DNA of 64,000 nt from an uncultured Fidelibacterota bacterium (lineage in GTDB: Bacteria > Fidelibacterota > Marinisomatia > Marinisomatales > UBA1611): NCBI GenBank assembly GCA_913043235.1, contig CAJWLO010000006.1:270-64269 (forward strand). The letters run 5' to 3'. Position numbers and translations under genes: made by a program. The notes under the pieces are model-generated. The model had not been told where the DNA came from. It was given only the letters and a program-made list of their open reading frames with translations, and searched no databases. Each line of letters starts with the position of its first letter. Position 1 is the stretch's first letter. Below are positions 53,778 through 63,698 of this stretch, one piece after another.

Positions 53778-54481
53778 GAATTTTAATATTTTTATTCAGT
53801 TTTAGTTTTATCGTTGCACAATCCATGCCTTTCAGGCTTCATGAAACGCTCACTTATAAAGCATTTTTCTCAGGGGTCCCTGCCGGTCTGGGAGAATTAA
53901 CTGTCATTAAATTAGATACAATCCAAAATTTGCCCGCCTATCATGTACGCTTTAAGGCTTGGACCACTGGGTTTTCAGATAAGCTATTCTCCATCAATGA
54001 TAAAATCGATATCTGGCTGGATACGAAATCGCTTGAAACTATCAAGGTAGAAAAAAAAATTCAGGAAGGGAATTATAAAAAAAATTCCATGTCCTTATTT
54101 TATCACAATGATGAATTAATTGTTGTTGATGGTGATACTTTTTCGATTCCTCGGGGGAGTCAATCACCTTACTCTTTATTTTATTCTCTGCGCAAAGAAT
54201 CAATTCCAGATCTACATGACAGTAAACTTAACATGGTGGCTGGGGGGAAAATAACTCAATTAAAATTTCTAATATCCTCTAAACAGAAAGTTACGGTTCC
54301 ACATGGAAATTATGTCTGTAATCGGGTAACACCCATACGTACCGATAAAAAAAAATTCAAGAATAAAGGTGAAATATCAATCTGGTTTTCTGATGAGAAA
54401 CCAGCACAAATACCTGTTAAAATCTGGATAAAATTAAAATTTGGGGCCCTTATACTAGAGTTGGTGGACCATGTTAATTAA
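53774..54481 (+). CDS. exported DUF3108-like protein
   Basis: 235 aa with a signal peptide. The all-beta pattern (LTYKAFFSGVPAGLGELTV..YHVRFKAWT..IDIWLD) resembles DUF3108, from memory only. Confidence 0.5.
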   Translation: MRILIFLFSFSFIVAQSMPFRLHETLTYKAFFSGVPAGLGELTVIKLDTIQNLPAYHVRFKAWTTGFSDKLFSINDKIDIWLDTKSLETIKVEKKIQEGNYKKNSMSLFYHNDELIVVDGDTFSIPRGSQSPYSLFYSLRKESIPDLHDSKLNMVAGGKITQLKFLISSKQKVTVPHGNYVCNRVTPIRTDKKKFKNKGEISIWFSDEKPAQIPVKIWIKLKFGALILELVDHVN

Positions 54482-55655
54482 AAAGCCGTGTTATATCATT
54501 AAATACAACTGTAACCATTAAAATAAGCAGAAAGGTCATGCCGATCTGTTGAATTACCATTCTTGCCTTTAGAGTAAGAGGTCTCCGGATAATGCTTTCT
54601 ATCAATATAATAAATATATGTCCACCATCTAAACCCGGAATAGGCAATATATTCAAGAAAGCCAAATTCACACTAATCAGCGCCATGAATGACAAAAGCG
54701 GTATCCAACCCTCATTTGCTGTTTGTCCAGCAAGCTGGGCAATCATGATGGGTCCACCAAGATCCGAAACAGATGCTGCACCCGTAGTTAGCATCTGCAG
54801 ACTCATTATGATCATACCAACGCTGTTAAATGTTGCAACAACACCTGCACTAAGAGCTTCATCCCAAAAGATATCTGAGTAAATTATCTGAGGAACAATA
54901 CCAATCGCCCCCAGTGTATCCATCATTTTGTCGGAATTTGGAACGATCATGGAAGTAGTTATAAGGGATATATTAAATTTATTTTCACCTCTTTCAATGG
55001 TTAATGATATGGGTGTATTGGGAATTTTATGGATTACATTGGTCAATTCTTTCCATGTGTTGATCGTAGACCCATCAATTGCGGTGATTCTATCCCCGGA
55101 TAATATCCCTGCCTCTTTGGCAGGCATATCATTCCGGACTTCGGATACAATGGGCTCATCCAAAATATCTGCTTTACCCTGTACATAGGCAATTCCAGAA
55201 AAAATAATGAATGCGGTAATTAAATTCATAATAACACCGGCACAAAGAACCCAGATTTTTGCCCAAGTGGGTTTGGACATAAATTCATACGGAGCATCAG
55301 TAACATGGGTATCCATACTTTCATCGATCATACCAGCCATTTTTACATATCCACCTAGAGGAATTAGCGCTAAAACATATTCTGTTCCAGATTCTGCCCG
55401 ACCCATACGTTGAATTTGTCTTTCATAAACTGGACCCCAGATCAGCTTCCCACCCTCATTTTTATAAAAATAAACCCGGAAATTCCATCCATCAGAGATA
55501 GATGTTATGGAAATAAATCTTGGAGGAAAGCCGATGGAAAATCTATCAACACGAATCCCTACAGATCGAGCAGCGATAAAATGTCCCAGTTCGTGAACAA
55601 AAATCAAAACACCAAGTACAAATATTGTTGCCCAGAGAAATGTCATATAATGCAA
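54474..55655 (-). CDS. rseP: RIP metalloprotease RseP (site-2 protease)
   Basis: 393 aa. Contains the HELGHF zinc motif in TM1, a PDZ region (AGILSGDRITAIDG), and the C-terminal NILPIPGLDGG. Confidence 0.9.
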   Translation of the reverse strand: MHYMTFLWATIFVLGVLIFVHELGHFIAARSVGIRVDRFSIGFPPRFISITSISDGWNFRVYFYKNEGGKLIWGPVYERQIQRMGRAESGTEYVLALIPLGGYVKMAGMIDESMDTHVTDAPYEFMSKPTWAKIWVLCAGVIMNLITAFIIFSGIAYVQGKADILDEPIVSEVRNDMPAKEAGILSGDRITAIDGSTINTWKELTNVIHKIPNTPISLTIERGENKFNISLITTSMIVPNSDKMMDTLGAIGIVPQIIYSDIFWDEALSAGVVATFNSVGMIIMSLQMLTTGAASVSDLGGPIMIAQLAGQTANEGWIPLLSFMALISVNLAFLNILPIPGLDGGHIFIILIESIIRRPLTLKARMVIQQIGMTFLLILMVTVVFNDITRLFN

Positions 55656-55698
55656 TTTAAGTTATTAATTAACAATTAGAAACTATCGTTGTTCCAAA

Positions 55699-56847
55699 TC
55701 AATGGAAGTTAATTACAGTTTTATAAACCCACCTATCCAATTCTTTTAAGTCTTCTAAAGTGGGGTGTTCTATCCAATTATGTGAATTCATCACCATTTC
55801 ATTTATCCTTGGAATATCAGTGAATTTTATTTCCTTATCTAAAAAGCGTTGAACTGTATAATCATTCGACAGGTTTAATGCAGCAGGGGCTGTTCCCATA
55901 TTTTTTAAGGACTCAAAAGCCAAGGATATACATGGAAACCTCTCAAAATCCGGTTCTTGGAATGTTAAATCACCACAGGTAAAAAAATCCATTTGTTCCC
56001 AAGGTGCAGATAAATGTCTTTGATATGTAAGTGCATACTGTATGGGCAATTTCATATCTGGGACGCCTAGTTGAGCTTTAACCGCGCCATCTTTGAGTTC
56101 GATCATTGAATGAATAATTGATTGAGGATGTATAACTATCTTGATTTTATCATAGCGAAAATCAAAGAGCCAAAACGCTTCAATAACTTCTAAACCCTTG
56201 TTCATCATAGTGGCACTATCGATCGTAATCTTTTTCCCCATATCCCAATTAGGATGATTTAAAGCCTCTTCTACAGAAATATCATGAAACGTATCTAGCG
56301 GCCTATTGCGAAAGGGGCCACCACTACCTGTAAGTATTAGACTGCGGATATCGTTTATATTCTCACCTTTAATACATTGCCAAATAGCGGAATGTTCGCT
56401 ATCAACTGGGAATAATTTTGCCCCACTTCTTTTCATGGCACTTTGAATGATCTCACCTGCCATTACCAGACTTTCTTTATTAGATAGAGCCACATCCACT
56501 CCCGCAGAGACAGCATTAAGGGTTGGTTCCATTCCTGCTGCGCCCACCAGTCCATTGAGCATAATATCAACATCACTTCGCGAAGCCAGCTCAAGAACCC
56601 CCTCTCTCCCTTCTAAAATTTCAATATTTTTGGTCCCTAATGTCTTTTTCACTTTTTGATAAGCATTTGGATCAACAATAGCTACCGCTCGCGGATTAAA
56701 TTTTTTTGCCTGCTCAATAAGCAATATACTGTTGGAGTAGGCAGATAAATAAACGACTTCTAGCTCATCTACTAAATGATCTGCTACTTTTAGTGCATTT
56801 ACACCTATTGAACCTGTCGATCCAAGAATTGAAATTTGTTTAGGCAA
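55699..56847 (-). CDS. dxr: 1-deoxy-D-xylulose-5-phosphate reductoisomerase
   Basis: Contains ILGSTGSIG, PVDSEHSAI, and NKGLEVIEA. I place the start at the TTG at 56847, which has AAGGA 8 nt upstream and lies 1 nt after the upstream stop. The track start (GTG at 56925) would add 26 atypical residues and overlap the upstream gene by 77 nt. Confidence 0.9.
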   Translation of the reverse strand: MPKQISILGSTGSIGVNALKVADHLVDELEVVYLSAYSNSILLIEQAKKFNPRAVAIVDPNAYQKVKKTLGTKNIEILEGREGVLELASRSDVDIMLNGLVGAAGMEPTLNAVSAGVDVALSNKESLVMAGEIIQSAMKRSGAKLFPVDSEHSAIWQCIKGENINDIRSLILTGSGGPFRNRPLDTFHDISVEEALNHPNWDMGKKITIDSATMMNKGLEVIEAFWLFDFRYDKIKIVIHPQSIIHSMIELKDGAVKAQLGVPDMKLPIQYALTYQRHLSAPWEQMDFFTCGDLTFQEPDFERFPCISLAFESLKNMGTAPAALNLSNDYTVQRFLDKEIKFTDIPRINEMVMNSHNWIEHPTLEDLKELDRWVYKTVINFH

Positions 56848-56848
56848 C

Positions 56849-57523
56849 TCAAATATCCTTTTGAATAAAAAAAGATAAAAAGGTTCGGTCTGGATGAAAC
56901 TTGAGCCCAAGTCCTCCTGTGACACCTAAAATATCCAACATAGAATCCACAGCAATATAATTGGTTTTGCCTTTCATTACGGAGGGAATCAGCCCTGTAG
57001 TGTTATATGTAGACTCCTTGTAATAATTTGATCCTACTCCAACACGGAATAATAAAATTGACCACTGAATCCATTTTCTGATATCAAATGTAAATGATTT
57101 GATTTGAAAACTATAGAGCCCTTTTATATCTGCTCGCTGAACGGAAAAAACCCAGCTTTTTTTTTCTGCATTCCCAAAAAAATACTGGATACCAGCACCC
57201 ACAACCTGTAACTGGTCTTTAGCTGTTGAAAAACCATATATTTTTCCAGATAATGCTAGATTGTTTGTTATCTTTAAAGCTAAATCCGCATCTGGAAGTA
57301 TCCATGTTTCACCACCAAATCGTTTTAATAATGCTGAATAACCAGCGCTAATTAATAGGCGTTTTTCCCCATCTGGATTAAAAGGGGGAGTTCTGCTAAG
57401 CCAGAAAGATGAATAGGATGTAATCTTTTTAGCTTGTAATTCTGAATTAGGATCAAATCGAAAATCAACATTTTGACCCGTGATTATTCCAGCCAAGAAT
57501 AATAAAAGTAAAATAATTTTCAT
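56849..57523 (-). CDS. exported beta-rich hypothetical protein (possible small OMP)
   Basis: 224 aa with signal peptide MKIILLLLFLAGIITG. It has alternating aromatic and Gly patterning. I recognised no family. Confidence 0.5.
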   Translation of the reverse strand: MKIILLLLFLAGIITGQNVDFRFDPNSELQAKKITSYSSFWLSRTPPFNPDGEKRLLISAGYSALLKRFGGETWILPDADLALKITNNLALSGKIYGFSTAKDQLQVVGAGIQYFFGNAEKKSWVFSVQRADIKGLYSFQIKSFTFDIRKWIQWSILLFRVGVGSNYYKESTYNTTGLIPSVMKGKTNYIAVDSMLDILGVTGGLGLKFHPDRTFLSFFIQKDI

Positions 57524-57532
57524 TTTTATGGA

Positions 57533-58330
57533 TTATATAATCCCGCTCTTTGAAGAACGGATAAATTCCAATATGGAATCTCGGTAGTTAGATCGTTCGA
57601 AATCAGATTTGATTTTTTCAAGAGCCTGATTACGATTTGATCCTGAACGAAAATAGGTGGTATAAATTTCTTTTATGATTTTTTTATCTTTTGAGGAAAA
57701 CCCCCTGCGGGTAAGACCAACACGATTTATGCCTACAAAAGATAGTGGTGTATTGGCAGCTAGAATAAAGGGGGGAACATCCTGTGCTACCTTGAACCCC
57801 GCACCAACAAAAACATGTTCACCGATCCTACAAAACTGATTTATTAAAACACCTCCTCCTAAAGATGCCCAGTCACCTATGACAACATGCCCACCCATAG
57901 TGGTCATATTAGCTAAAATCACATGGTTGCCCAAGATACAATCATGTGCAACGTGTACATATGCCATTAACAAACAATGAGAACCTATATCTGTTCTCCC
58001 TAAGGCTTTTGTACCTCTGTTAATAGTTACATATTCTCGAATGGTGGTTCTATCACCTATCTTGGTAATGGTTTTTTCACCGTCAAATTTTAAATCCTGA
58101 GGTATTTCCCCAATAGAACAATTGTGGTATACGCTGCAAGACTCCCCAATTGTGGTTCCCGAACAAATTGTAACATGATTGCCCACATAAGTATCATTGC
58201 CAATAATAACATTTGACTCAATTACACTATAGGGTCCAACAGTAACATTGGATCCCAACTCTGCATTGGTATCTACAAGAGCAGTAGGGTGGATTAGGTT
58301 GGAAATATCAGGCTCCAGCCCGATCAACAA
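57533..58330 (-). CDS. lpxA: acyl-ACP--UDP-GlcNAc O-acyltransferase
   Basis: 265 aa. It has an IHPTA start region, hexapeptide repeats, and the C-terminal helical domain. The exact start (TTG at 58330 or downstream) is uncertain. Confidence 0.9.
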   Translation of the reverse strand: MLIGLEPDISNLIHPTALVDTNAELGSNVTVGPYSVIESNVIIGNDTYVGNHVTICSGTTIGESCSVYHNCSIGEIPQDLKFDGEKTITKIGDRTTIREYVTINRGTKALGRTDIGSHCLLMAYVHVAHDCILGNHVILANMTTMGGHVVIGDWASLGGGVLINQFCRIGEHVFVGAGFKVAQDVPPFILAANTPLSFVGINRVGLTRRGFSSKDKKIIKEIYTTYFRSGSNRNQALEKIKSDFERSNYRDSILEFIRSSKSGII

Positions 58331-58772
58331 TATTGGCTGAAACGAGTCCTCCTGCTACTAGGGTATTATTCACAAAACAATTCCCCTGGAACCTACAAAT
58401 ATTTAGCTTCCGTTTCATAATAGTCACATCAATCCTTAATTGATCTCCTGGTAGGACAGGTTGGCGAAATCGTGCCTTATCGATTGCAGAAATAAAAGCA
58501 TTTTTCTTTAGCGGTTCTTCTAAAGTATTCAGCAATAAAAATGCTCCAGCTTGAGCGATACATTCCAATGAATAAACCGCAGGCATTACAGGCTGACTTG
58601 GAAAGTGGCCTTGGAAATAAGGCTCATTGATCGTGATATTTTTTATGGCTGTAACCGATTCTCCAGGTATTAATTCTAGAATTTTATCAATGAGTAAAAA
58701 AGGATAACGATGGGGAAGAATTTGGAGAATTTCATGAAGTTCAAAATCTATTTTATTTTTAAAATCATTCAT
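58308..58772 (-). CDS. fabZ: 3-hydroxyacyl-ACP dehydratase
   Basis: 154 aa. Contains LPHRYPFLLIDKI and FQGHFP. ATGA overlap with lpxC. Confidence 0.9.
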   Translation of the reverse strand: MNDFKNKIDFELHEILQILPHRYPFLLIDKILELIPGESVTAIKNITINEPYFQGHFPSQPVMPAVYSLECIAQAGAFLLLNTLEEPLKKNAFISAIDKARFRQPVLPGDQLRIDVTIMKRKLNICRFQGNCFVNNTLVAGGLVSANIVDRAGA

Positions 58773-59722
58773 GCGCAGACAGTCTTCAAAATTTCAGTTA
58801 ATTCTTCCTGGTATTCATGTTTTATTTTTTTTACAAATTCTACATTACTGGCATGGCCAGCACGGGCAGCTGTTACATGACCTTTAATAGGTACACCAAG
58901 TAAAGCAAGATCTCCAATAAGATCCAGTGTTTTATGCCGCACTGGCTCATTTTTATACCGCAGAACCTTTCCGTTTAAAATACCATTGCTGCCATTTAAA
59001 TTATTATGGTCAAGCCCAAATAAATTCTTCATTCGCTTGATCTCATTTTTATCGATATCCTTATCTATGATTACAAGTGCATTTTCCAAACTTCCTCCCT
59101 TAATCAAGCCGGACTCTTTCAACATTTCTACTTCACTGAGAAAGCAGAAGGTTCGTGCTGGTGCCACTTCCACAGCAAAGTCTTCCTCCATATTGTATAT
59201 TGCCTCATATTGTGTGCCAAGTGCTGGCAATGGATATTCTACCATAAACGTGATTCGAAACCTATCTGAAGGAATAACATGAATATCAATATCACGGTAT
59301 GGATCGGTATAATTCACCGCACGAGTGATTTCCAAAAAGTGTCTTTCCTCATCTTGTTCTTTGATACCTGCTCTTAAAAGGACATCTACAAAATCTTTAG
59401 CACTACCATCCATCACTGGTGTTTCTTTACCAGTAAGTTCAATTAATACATTATCCAATCGTAAACCACTAACTGCACCTAGTGCGTGCTCTACGGTATG
59501 AATGCGTACGTCATTTTCTTCAATGGTGGTTCCCCTAGAAATATCTACAACATGATTAATGTCTGCTTTAATCTCCGGGCAACCAGGTATATCAGACCGA
59601 ATGAATCTAATGCCGAAGTTTTCAGAAGCTGGGTGAAATGTGATTGATGTTTCTACTCCAGTATGCAGACCTACACCTTTGCAGGAAGTGGATCTCCGAA
59701 TGGTTCTTTGTTTACGTATCAT
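58769..59722 (-). CDS. lpxC: UDP-3-O-acyl-GlcNAc deacetylase
   Basis: 317 aa. Contains GVGLHTG, TVEHAL, HKTLDLIGDL, and GHASN. Confidence 0.9.
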   Translation of the reverse strand: MIRKQRTIRRSTSCKGVGLHTGVETSITFHPASENFGIRFIRSDIPGCPEIKADINHVVDISRGTTIEENDVRIHTVEHALGAVSGLRLDNVLIELTGKETPVMDGSAKDFVDVLLRAGIKEQDEERHFLEITRAVNYTDPYRDIDIHVIPSDRFRITFMVEYPLPALGTQYEAIYNMEEDFAVEVAPARTFCFLSEVEMLKESGLIKGGSLENALVIIDKDIDKNEIKRMKNLFGLDHNNLNGSNGILNGKVLRYKNEPVRHKTLDLIGDLALLGVPIKGHVTAARAGHASNVEFVKKIKHEYQEELTEILKTVCA

Positions 59723-59731
59723 ATCCTAAAT

Positions 59732-60745
59732 TTAATCTTCTTTTTGCGCATTTAACAATTGATCCAGTTTTTGTCGAATGCGGTTTATTTCAGCAATTAG
59801 AGCTTCCCTTTTATGGTGATCACGGATTTCTCTAGCAGGATAACCGGCATACATTTCCCCCCCTGCTAGGGATTTAGTAACACCGGATTTTGCCGCAAAT
59901 ATTGATTTATCACCAATTGTTACATGGGGAACAACCCCTGCTTGACCGCCAAACGAACAATAATTGCCTATGGTAACACTACCTGCAATTCCAACCTGTG
60001 CAGTAATAAGACAGCCTTTGCCAATAGTAACATTATGGGCTATGTGAACCAAGTTATCAATTTTGGTAATATCCCCTATTTTAGTGGATCCGATTGTTGC
60101 TCTATCAATGGCTGTATTAGAACCTATTTCTACATCATCGCCAATAACGACATTTCCAGTTTGGGGAATTTTTTCATGTATATTTTCTTTGGAAATAAAA
60201 CCAAAACCATCACAACCAATGACGGTTCCACTATGAATAATTACCCGTTCACCAATTTCAACATCGTGGTAAACAGTGACATTGGGGTATAACCGGGAAT
60301 GCTTGCCTATAATTGCACCCGGTCCTATATAGACATTAGATCCTATCCATGAATCTTGTCCTATAATTGCATCTTTTTCAATGACCGCTCCAGGCTCAAT
60401 CATTACATTATCACCTATTGTAGAATCTGGATGAATAAATGCTCCCTTTCGAACAGACTTTTTCACGTTTGGCTCAGGATGAAACATCTCCAATGTTTTG
60501 GCAATTGCCAATTGCGGATTTTCTACAATAATACCATTTTTCCCAAACAAATGGCATGGGTCGTTCACGAAAATAGCCGATGCAGCTGTATCAGATACAT
60601 ATTTCTTATACTGCATATTTCCAAGGAAAGAAATGGTGCCGGGAATACTATCTTGAATTTCTGAGATACCTGTTATTACCAAATCAGGGTTGCCAGATAT
60701 ATCTCCACCTACATGGGAAGCAATTTCCCTAAGGGTAAATTTCAA
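59732..60745 (-). CDS. lpxD: UDP-3-O-acylglucosamine N-acyltransferase
   Basis: 337 aa. It has the N-terminal LpxD domain (LREIASHVGG), a long hexapeptide-repeat region, and a C-terminal helix. Confidence 0.9.
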   Translation of the reverse strand: MKFTLREIASHVGGDISGNPDLVITGISEIQDSIPGTISFLGNMQYKKYVSDTAASAIFVNDPCHLFGKNGIIVENPQLAIAKTLEMFHPEPNVKKSVRKGAFIHPDSTIGDNVMIEPGAVIEKDAIIGQDSWIGSNVYIGPGAIIGKHSRLYPNVTVYHDVEIGERVIIHSGTVIGCDGFGFISKENIHEKIPQTGNVVIGDDVEIGSNTAIDRATIGSTKIGDITKIDNLVHIAHNVTIGKGCLITAQVGIAGSVTIGNYCSFGGQAGVVPHVTIGDKSIFAAKSGVTKSLAGGEMYAGYPAREIRDHHKREALIAEINRIRQKLDQLLNAQKED

Positions 60746-60751
60746 GGCTAT

Positions 60752-61279
60752 TTATTTTTCGGAACCTAAGTTCCCTAATTCATGCAAAACATCATCTGTA
60801 AGATCAAACTTTGGTTTGAAATACAGCAATCCAACTGAAGCATCAATGATATAATCATAACCACCGGTTATAGCAACTTTGTCAACTGCCTTTTTTACTT
60901 TACCTAGTATATCATATTCCAACTGCGCCTGCTTACGCATGAGTTCCCCCTGTGGACCAATTTTCTCTGCTTGATAGGTTTGAGCTTGTCTTTCCATTTG
61001 TTCAATTTCCTGCCTTATACTTGCACCTTTATCCAAGGCCATAAGCCGTTTTACCTCATATTCCTGTTTAAGGCTATCCATTTTCAATACCATTTGGTCA
61101 AATTCAAACTGAACTTTTCTGTATTCCAATTGTAGCTGTGATTCTGCTTCTTTAAACTCATTATACTCAGTTCGTATTCTTTCAGATAGAATGTAACCTA
61201 TTTTTAACTGAGCATTGGCTGTACTTGCGAGACTGAAAAAGGTTAATAATAAAAATATTTTTTGGAAGGATGCTTTCAC
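60752..61279 (-). CDS. skp: OmpH/Skp periplasmic chaperone
   Basis: It has a signal peptide KASFQKIFLLLTFFSLASTANA followed by coiled-coil E/K/Q sequence. I place the start at the GTG at 61279, which has AAGGAG 6 nt upstream and lies 16 nt after the bamA stop. The track start at 61384 overlaps bamA. Confidence 0.8.
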   Translation of the reverse strand: MKASFQKIFLLLTFFSLASTANAQLKIGYILSERIRTEYNEFKEAESQLQLEYRKVQFEFDQMVLKMDSLKQEYEVKRLMALDKGASIRQEIEQMERQAQTYQAEKIGPQGELMRKQAQLEYDILGKVKKAVDKVAITGGYDYIIDASVGLLYFKPKFDLTDDVLHELGNLGSEK

Positions 61280-61295
61280 TCTTTTCTCCTTGTTT

Positions 61296-63698
61296 TTAAA
61301 ATTGTTGTCCAAACGTAATTGTAGTCTTCCATTGACCGACTCTCTCGCCATCTTCCACATGATCAAAACCGTAACCAATATCAAATCCTAGCATTCCAAT
61401 CATAGGCATAAAAAAACGAATGCCGGCACCAACTGCGCGTTTTAAATCCAGTGGACCTTGGCGGGGAACATCAAATCTTTGCATCAAGTATGGTGAAGAC
61501 CAAACATTACCCATTTCCGCAAAAACCAATCCGTAAACTACGGGATTTTCCGAAAAAGGAACCCTGAATTCAGTATTGATCTTTACCATAGCATCTCCAC
61601 CGATTGGACTGCCTGAACTTGTTAGTGGTCCCACTCTGTTGTCATCATAGCCACGCAGGGGATTCCCATAAGGGATTCCATTTCCACCCATTATGAATCG
61701 TTCATCAAAAGGAATGATTGACCGCTCGTCATCATAGGATGGAAGCGGCTTAACGATTCCCAATTTGAGAGAAGTCCTTAAGACAAATTTCCAGAATGTA
61801 GGTGTATAATATTCCAGATTCAATATATGTTTATGAAAATCTTCGTTGCCTCCTAGAAACCCACCCGCAAATGTTGATTTTAGCGAAAACACAGATCCAA
61901 GAGTCGTGAATTCCGGTCGGTCCCGGCTGTCCCGACGGATAGTTTGAGTAATATTTACCCCATCTGTTTGCTGCATTCCGGCTGTATAGCGTTCTAAATC
62001 AGTTTCGCTGCCTTCATACATCTTGCGGACAATCTGAAAAGACCAGGTACCACGAAAAAAATCATCGGGCCACTTGAAAATCCGTCCCCAAGTTAAAGCT
62101 CCACCTGCGAGAGTAAAATTCAGTGGTGAATAATACATTGACGAACTACCGCGGAATGTATAAAAAATTGACCCTCCTAGCAGATTTTTTGTATCGTTAA
62201 CCATAGGGTCTGTGAAACTCAGACTCGCCGACTCATATTTAGAAGGTGCGGTGGTACCATATACACTGTAATTCGTGCCTACATTAAAGCTCACATTCAA
62301 GCTTTGACCCTTGCCTCGAAAATTAGGTAATGCCAAACCGCCACCACCCATAACACCATACTGCTGGGTAAAACCCATATTTGCGTTGGCTTGACCTGCG
62401 GGTTTTTCTTCCACTGTAATTTCGATATCAACATGATCTTCATCTACGGGGACAACGTCCGGGACCACATTGGAGAAAAAATTTAGTAGCCATACTTCAC
62501 GCTGACTACGAATCAGGCGATCACGATTGAATACATCACCTGGAAAAATTCTTAATTGGCGACGAATAACATTCTCTCTTGTACGTGTATTCCCAAGGAT
62601 CACAATGTGATTCACGTACACTTTATGGTTTTCAGTAATTAAAAAATGTACATCCAGTGAGTCTTCGCCAACAGGTGTAATCTTAGGTTCAATTCGACTC
62701 CAAATATACCCTCTATCCATGTAAAGTCCCTGCACGCGGTCAAATACAGCTAGGTTAAAATCTTCTTCACTGTAAATTTCACCCGTCTGTATGGTAAGTG
62801 CACGATTCAAAACCGTTTTATCAAAAAGAGTGTATCCTTCCCAAGTAAAATTTCGATATTTATAACGGGGACCTTCTGCAATATTGACAACAAGGTCCAT
62901 ACGGTGTCGTTCAGGATTGAATTGTACAGTATCACTAAGAATCTTGAAATCCCGATACCCCTTATTTTTGTAGAAGGCCTGTATCAGATCCAGATCCTCA
63001 TTATATTTTTTTTTATCAAAGGTACTTCTCCAAAACAGGTACCATCTCTGCCGTTTTGTTTCTTTCATTTTGAAGCGCAGACGAAAATCTGAAAAAGCAT
63101 TGTTGCCTTCAAAAATAATATTACCAATTTTTACTTTACTATTTTCCTCAATAGTAAAGATTACATCTTTCACCAAATCTTTTGCTTTGCCACCATAAAG
63201 TGTGGATAGTTTTTCAGGGTTAATTAATCGTGCTGAGACGTCAGCTTGGTGATAGCCTTTCTCTGCATAAAGCTGTTTTATTTTTTCGGATATTTCATGG
63301 AGTGTATTAGGCCGTATGCGCTGTCCATGTGTCAATTCTAGTTCCTCATCAAATTTTTTATCTTTGATCTTTTTATTTCCATCAAAACGAAGTGCACCCA
63401 GTATCGGGTTTTCTTCTACGATAATCGTGATGCTAAGTCCTTCTGGAGATTCATCATCATACCTAAGTTGAATATCCTGAAATAATCCTAGGTTCCATAG
63501 CCGCTTGATTGCTCTTTGGAATTCTGTGGCTGTAATTATCAGACCCTTACGTAAACCAGATGTGAAAAGGATTGTATTCTTGGACGTCAAAATATTACCA
63601 TCAACTCTTACATTTAATAATTTAATTTCCTGATTTTGCTGGGCAGTAGTAAGTCCCCAAAAAAACAACACTAATATAATACGTTTATGAAACTTCAA
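61296..63698 (-). CDS. bamA: outer membrane protein assembly factor BamA
   Basis: 800 aa with a signal peptide, POTRA-like repeats, and an Omp85 barrel ending in TITFGQQF. The TTG start overlaps the uppS stop. Confidence 0.9.
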   Translation of the reverse strand: MKFHKRIILVLFFWGLTTAQQNQEIKLLNVRVDGNILTSKNTILFTSGLRKGLIITATEFQRAIKRLWNLGLFQDIQLRYDDESPEGLSITIIVEENPILGALRFDGNKKIKDKKFDEELELTHGQRIRPNTLHEISEKIKQLYAEKGYHQADVSARLINPEKLSTLYGGKAKDLVKDVIFTIEENSKVKIGNIIFEGNNAFSDFRLRFKMKETKRQRWYLFWRSTFDKKKYNEDLDLIQAFYKNKGYRDFKILSDTVQFNPERHRMDLVVNIAEGPRYKYRNFTWEGYTLFDKTVLNRALTIQTGEIYSEEDFNLAVFDRVQGLYMDRGYIWSRIEPKITPVGEDSLDVHFLITENHKVYVNHIVILGNTRTRENVIRRQLRIFPGDVFNRDRLIRSQREVWLLNFFSNVVPDVVPVDEDHVDIEITVEEKPAGQANANMGFTQQYGVMGGGGLALPNFRGKGQSLNVSFNVGTNYSVYGTTAPSKYESASLSFTDPMVNDTKNLLGGSIFYTFRGSSSMYYSPLNFTLAGGALTWGRIFKWPDDFFRGTWSFQIVRKMYEGSETDLERYTAGMQQTDGVNITQTIRRDSRDRPEFTTLGSVFSLKSTFAGGFLGGNEDFHKHILNLEYYTPTFWKFVLRTSLKLGIVKPLPSYDDERSIIPFDERFIMGGNGIPYGNPLRGYDDNRVGPLTSSGSPIGGDAMVKINTEFRVPFSENPVVYGLVFAEMGNVWSSPYLMQRFDVPRQGPLDLKRAVGAGIRFFMPMIGMLGFDIGYGFDHVEDGERVGQWKTTITFGQQF

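Noticed and set aside
54051-54061. A9/T9 homopolymer runs inside coding regions as possible phase-variation switches. Examples are 54052-54060, ~54349-54357, ~41184-41192, ~39744-39752, ~57157-57165 and ~63006-63014.
   Set aside because: They encode Lys-Lys-Lys (or Phe) stretches in an AT-rich genome. They occur in core genes such as bamA, and nothing suggests on/off variation.
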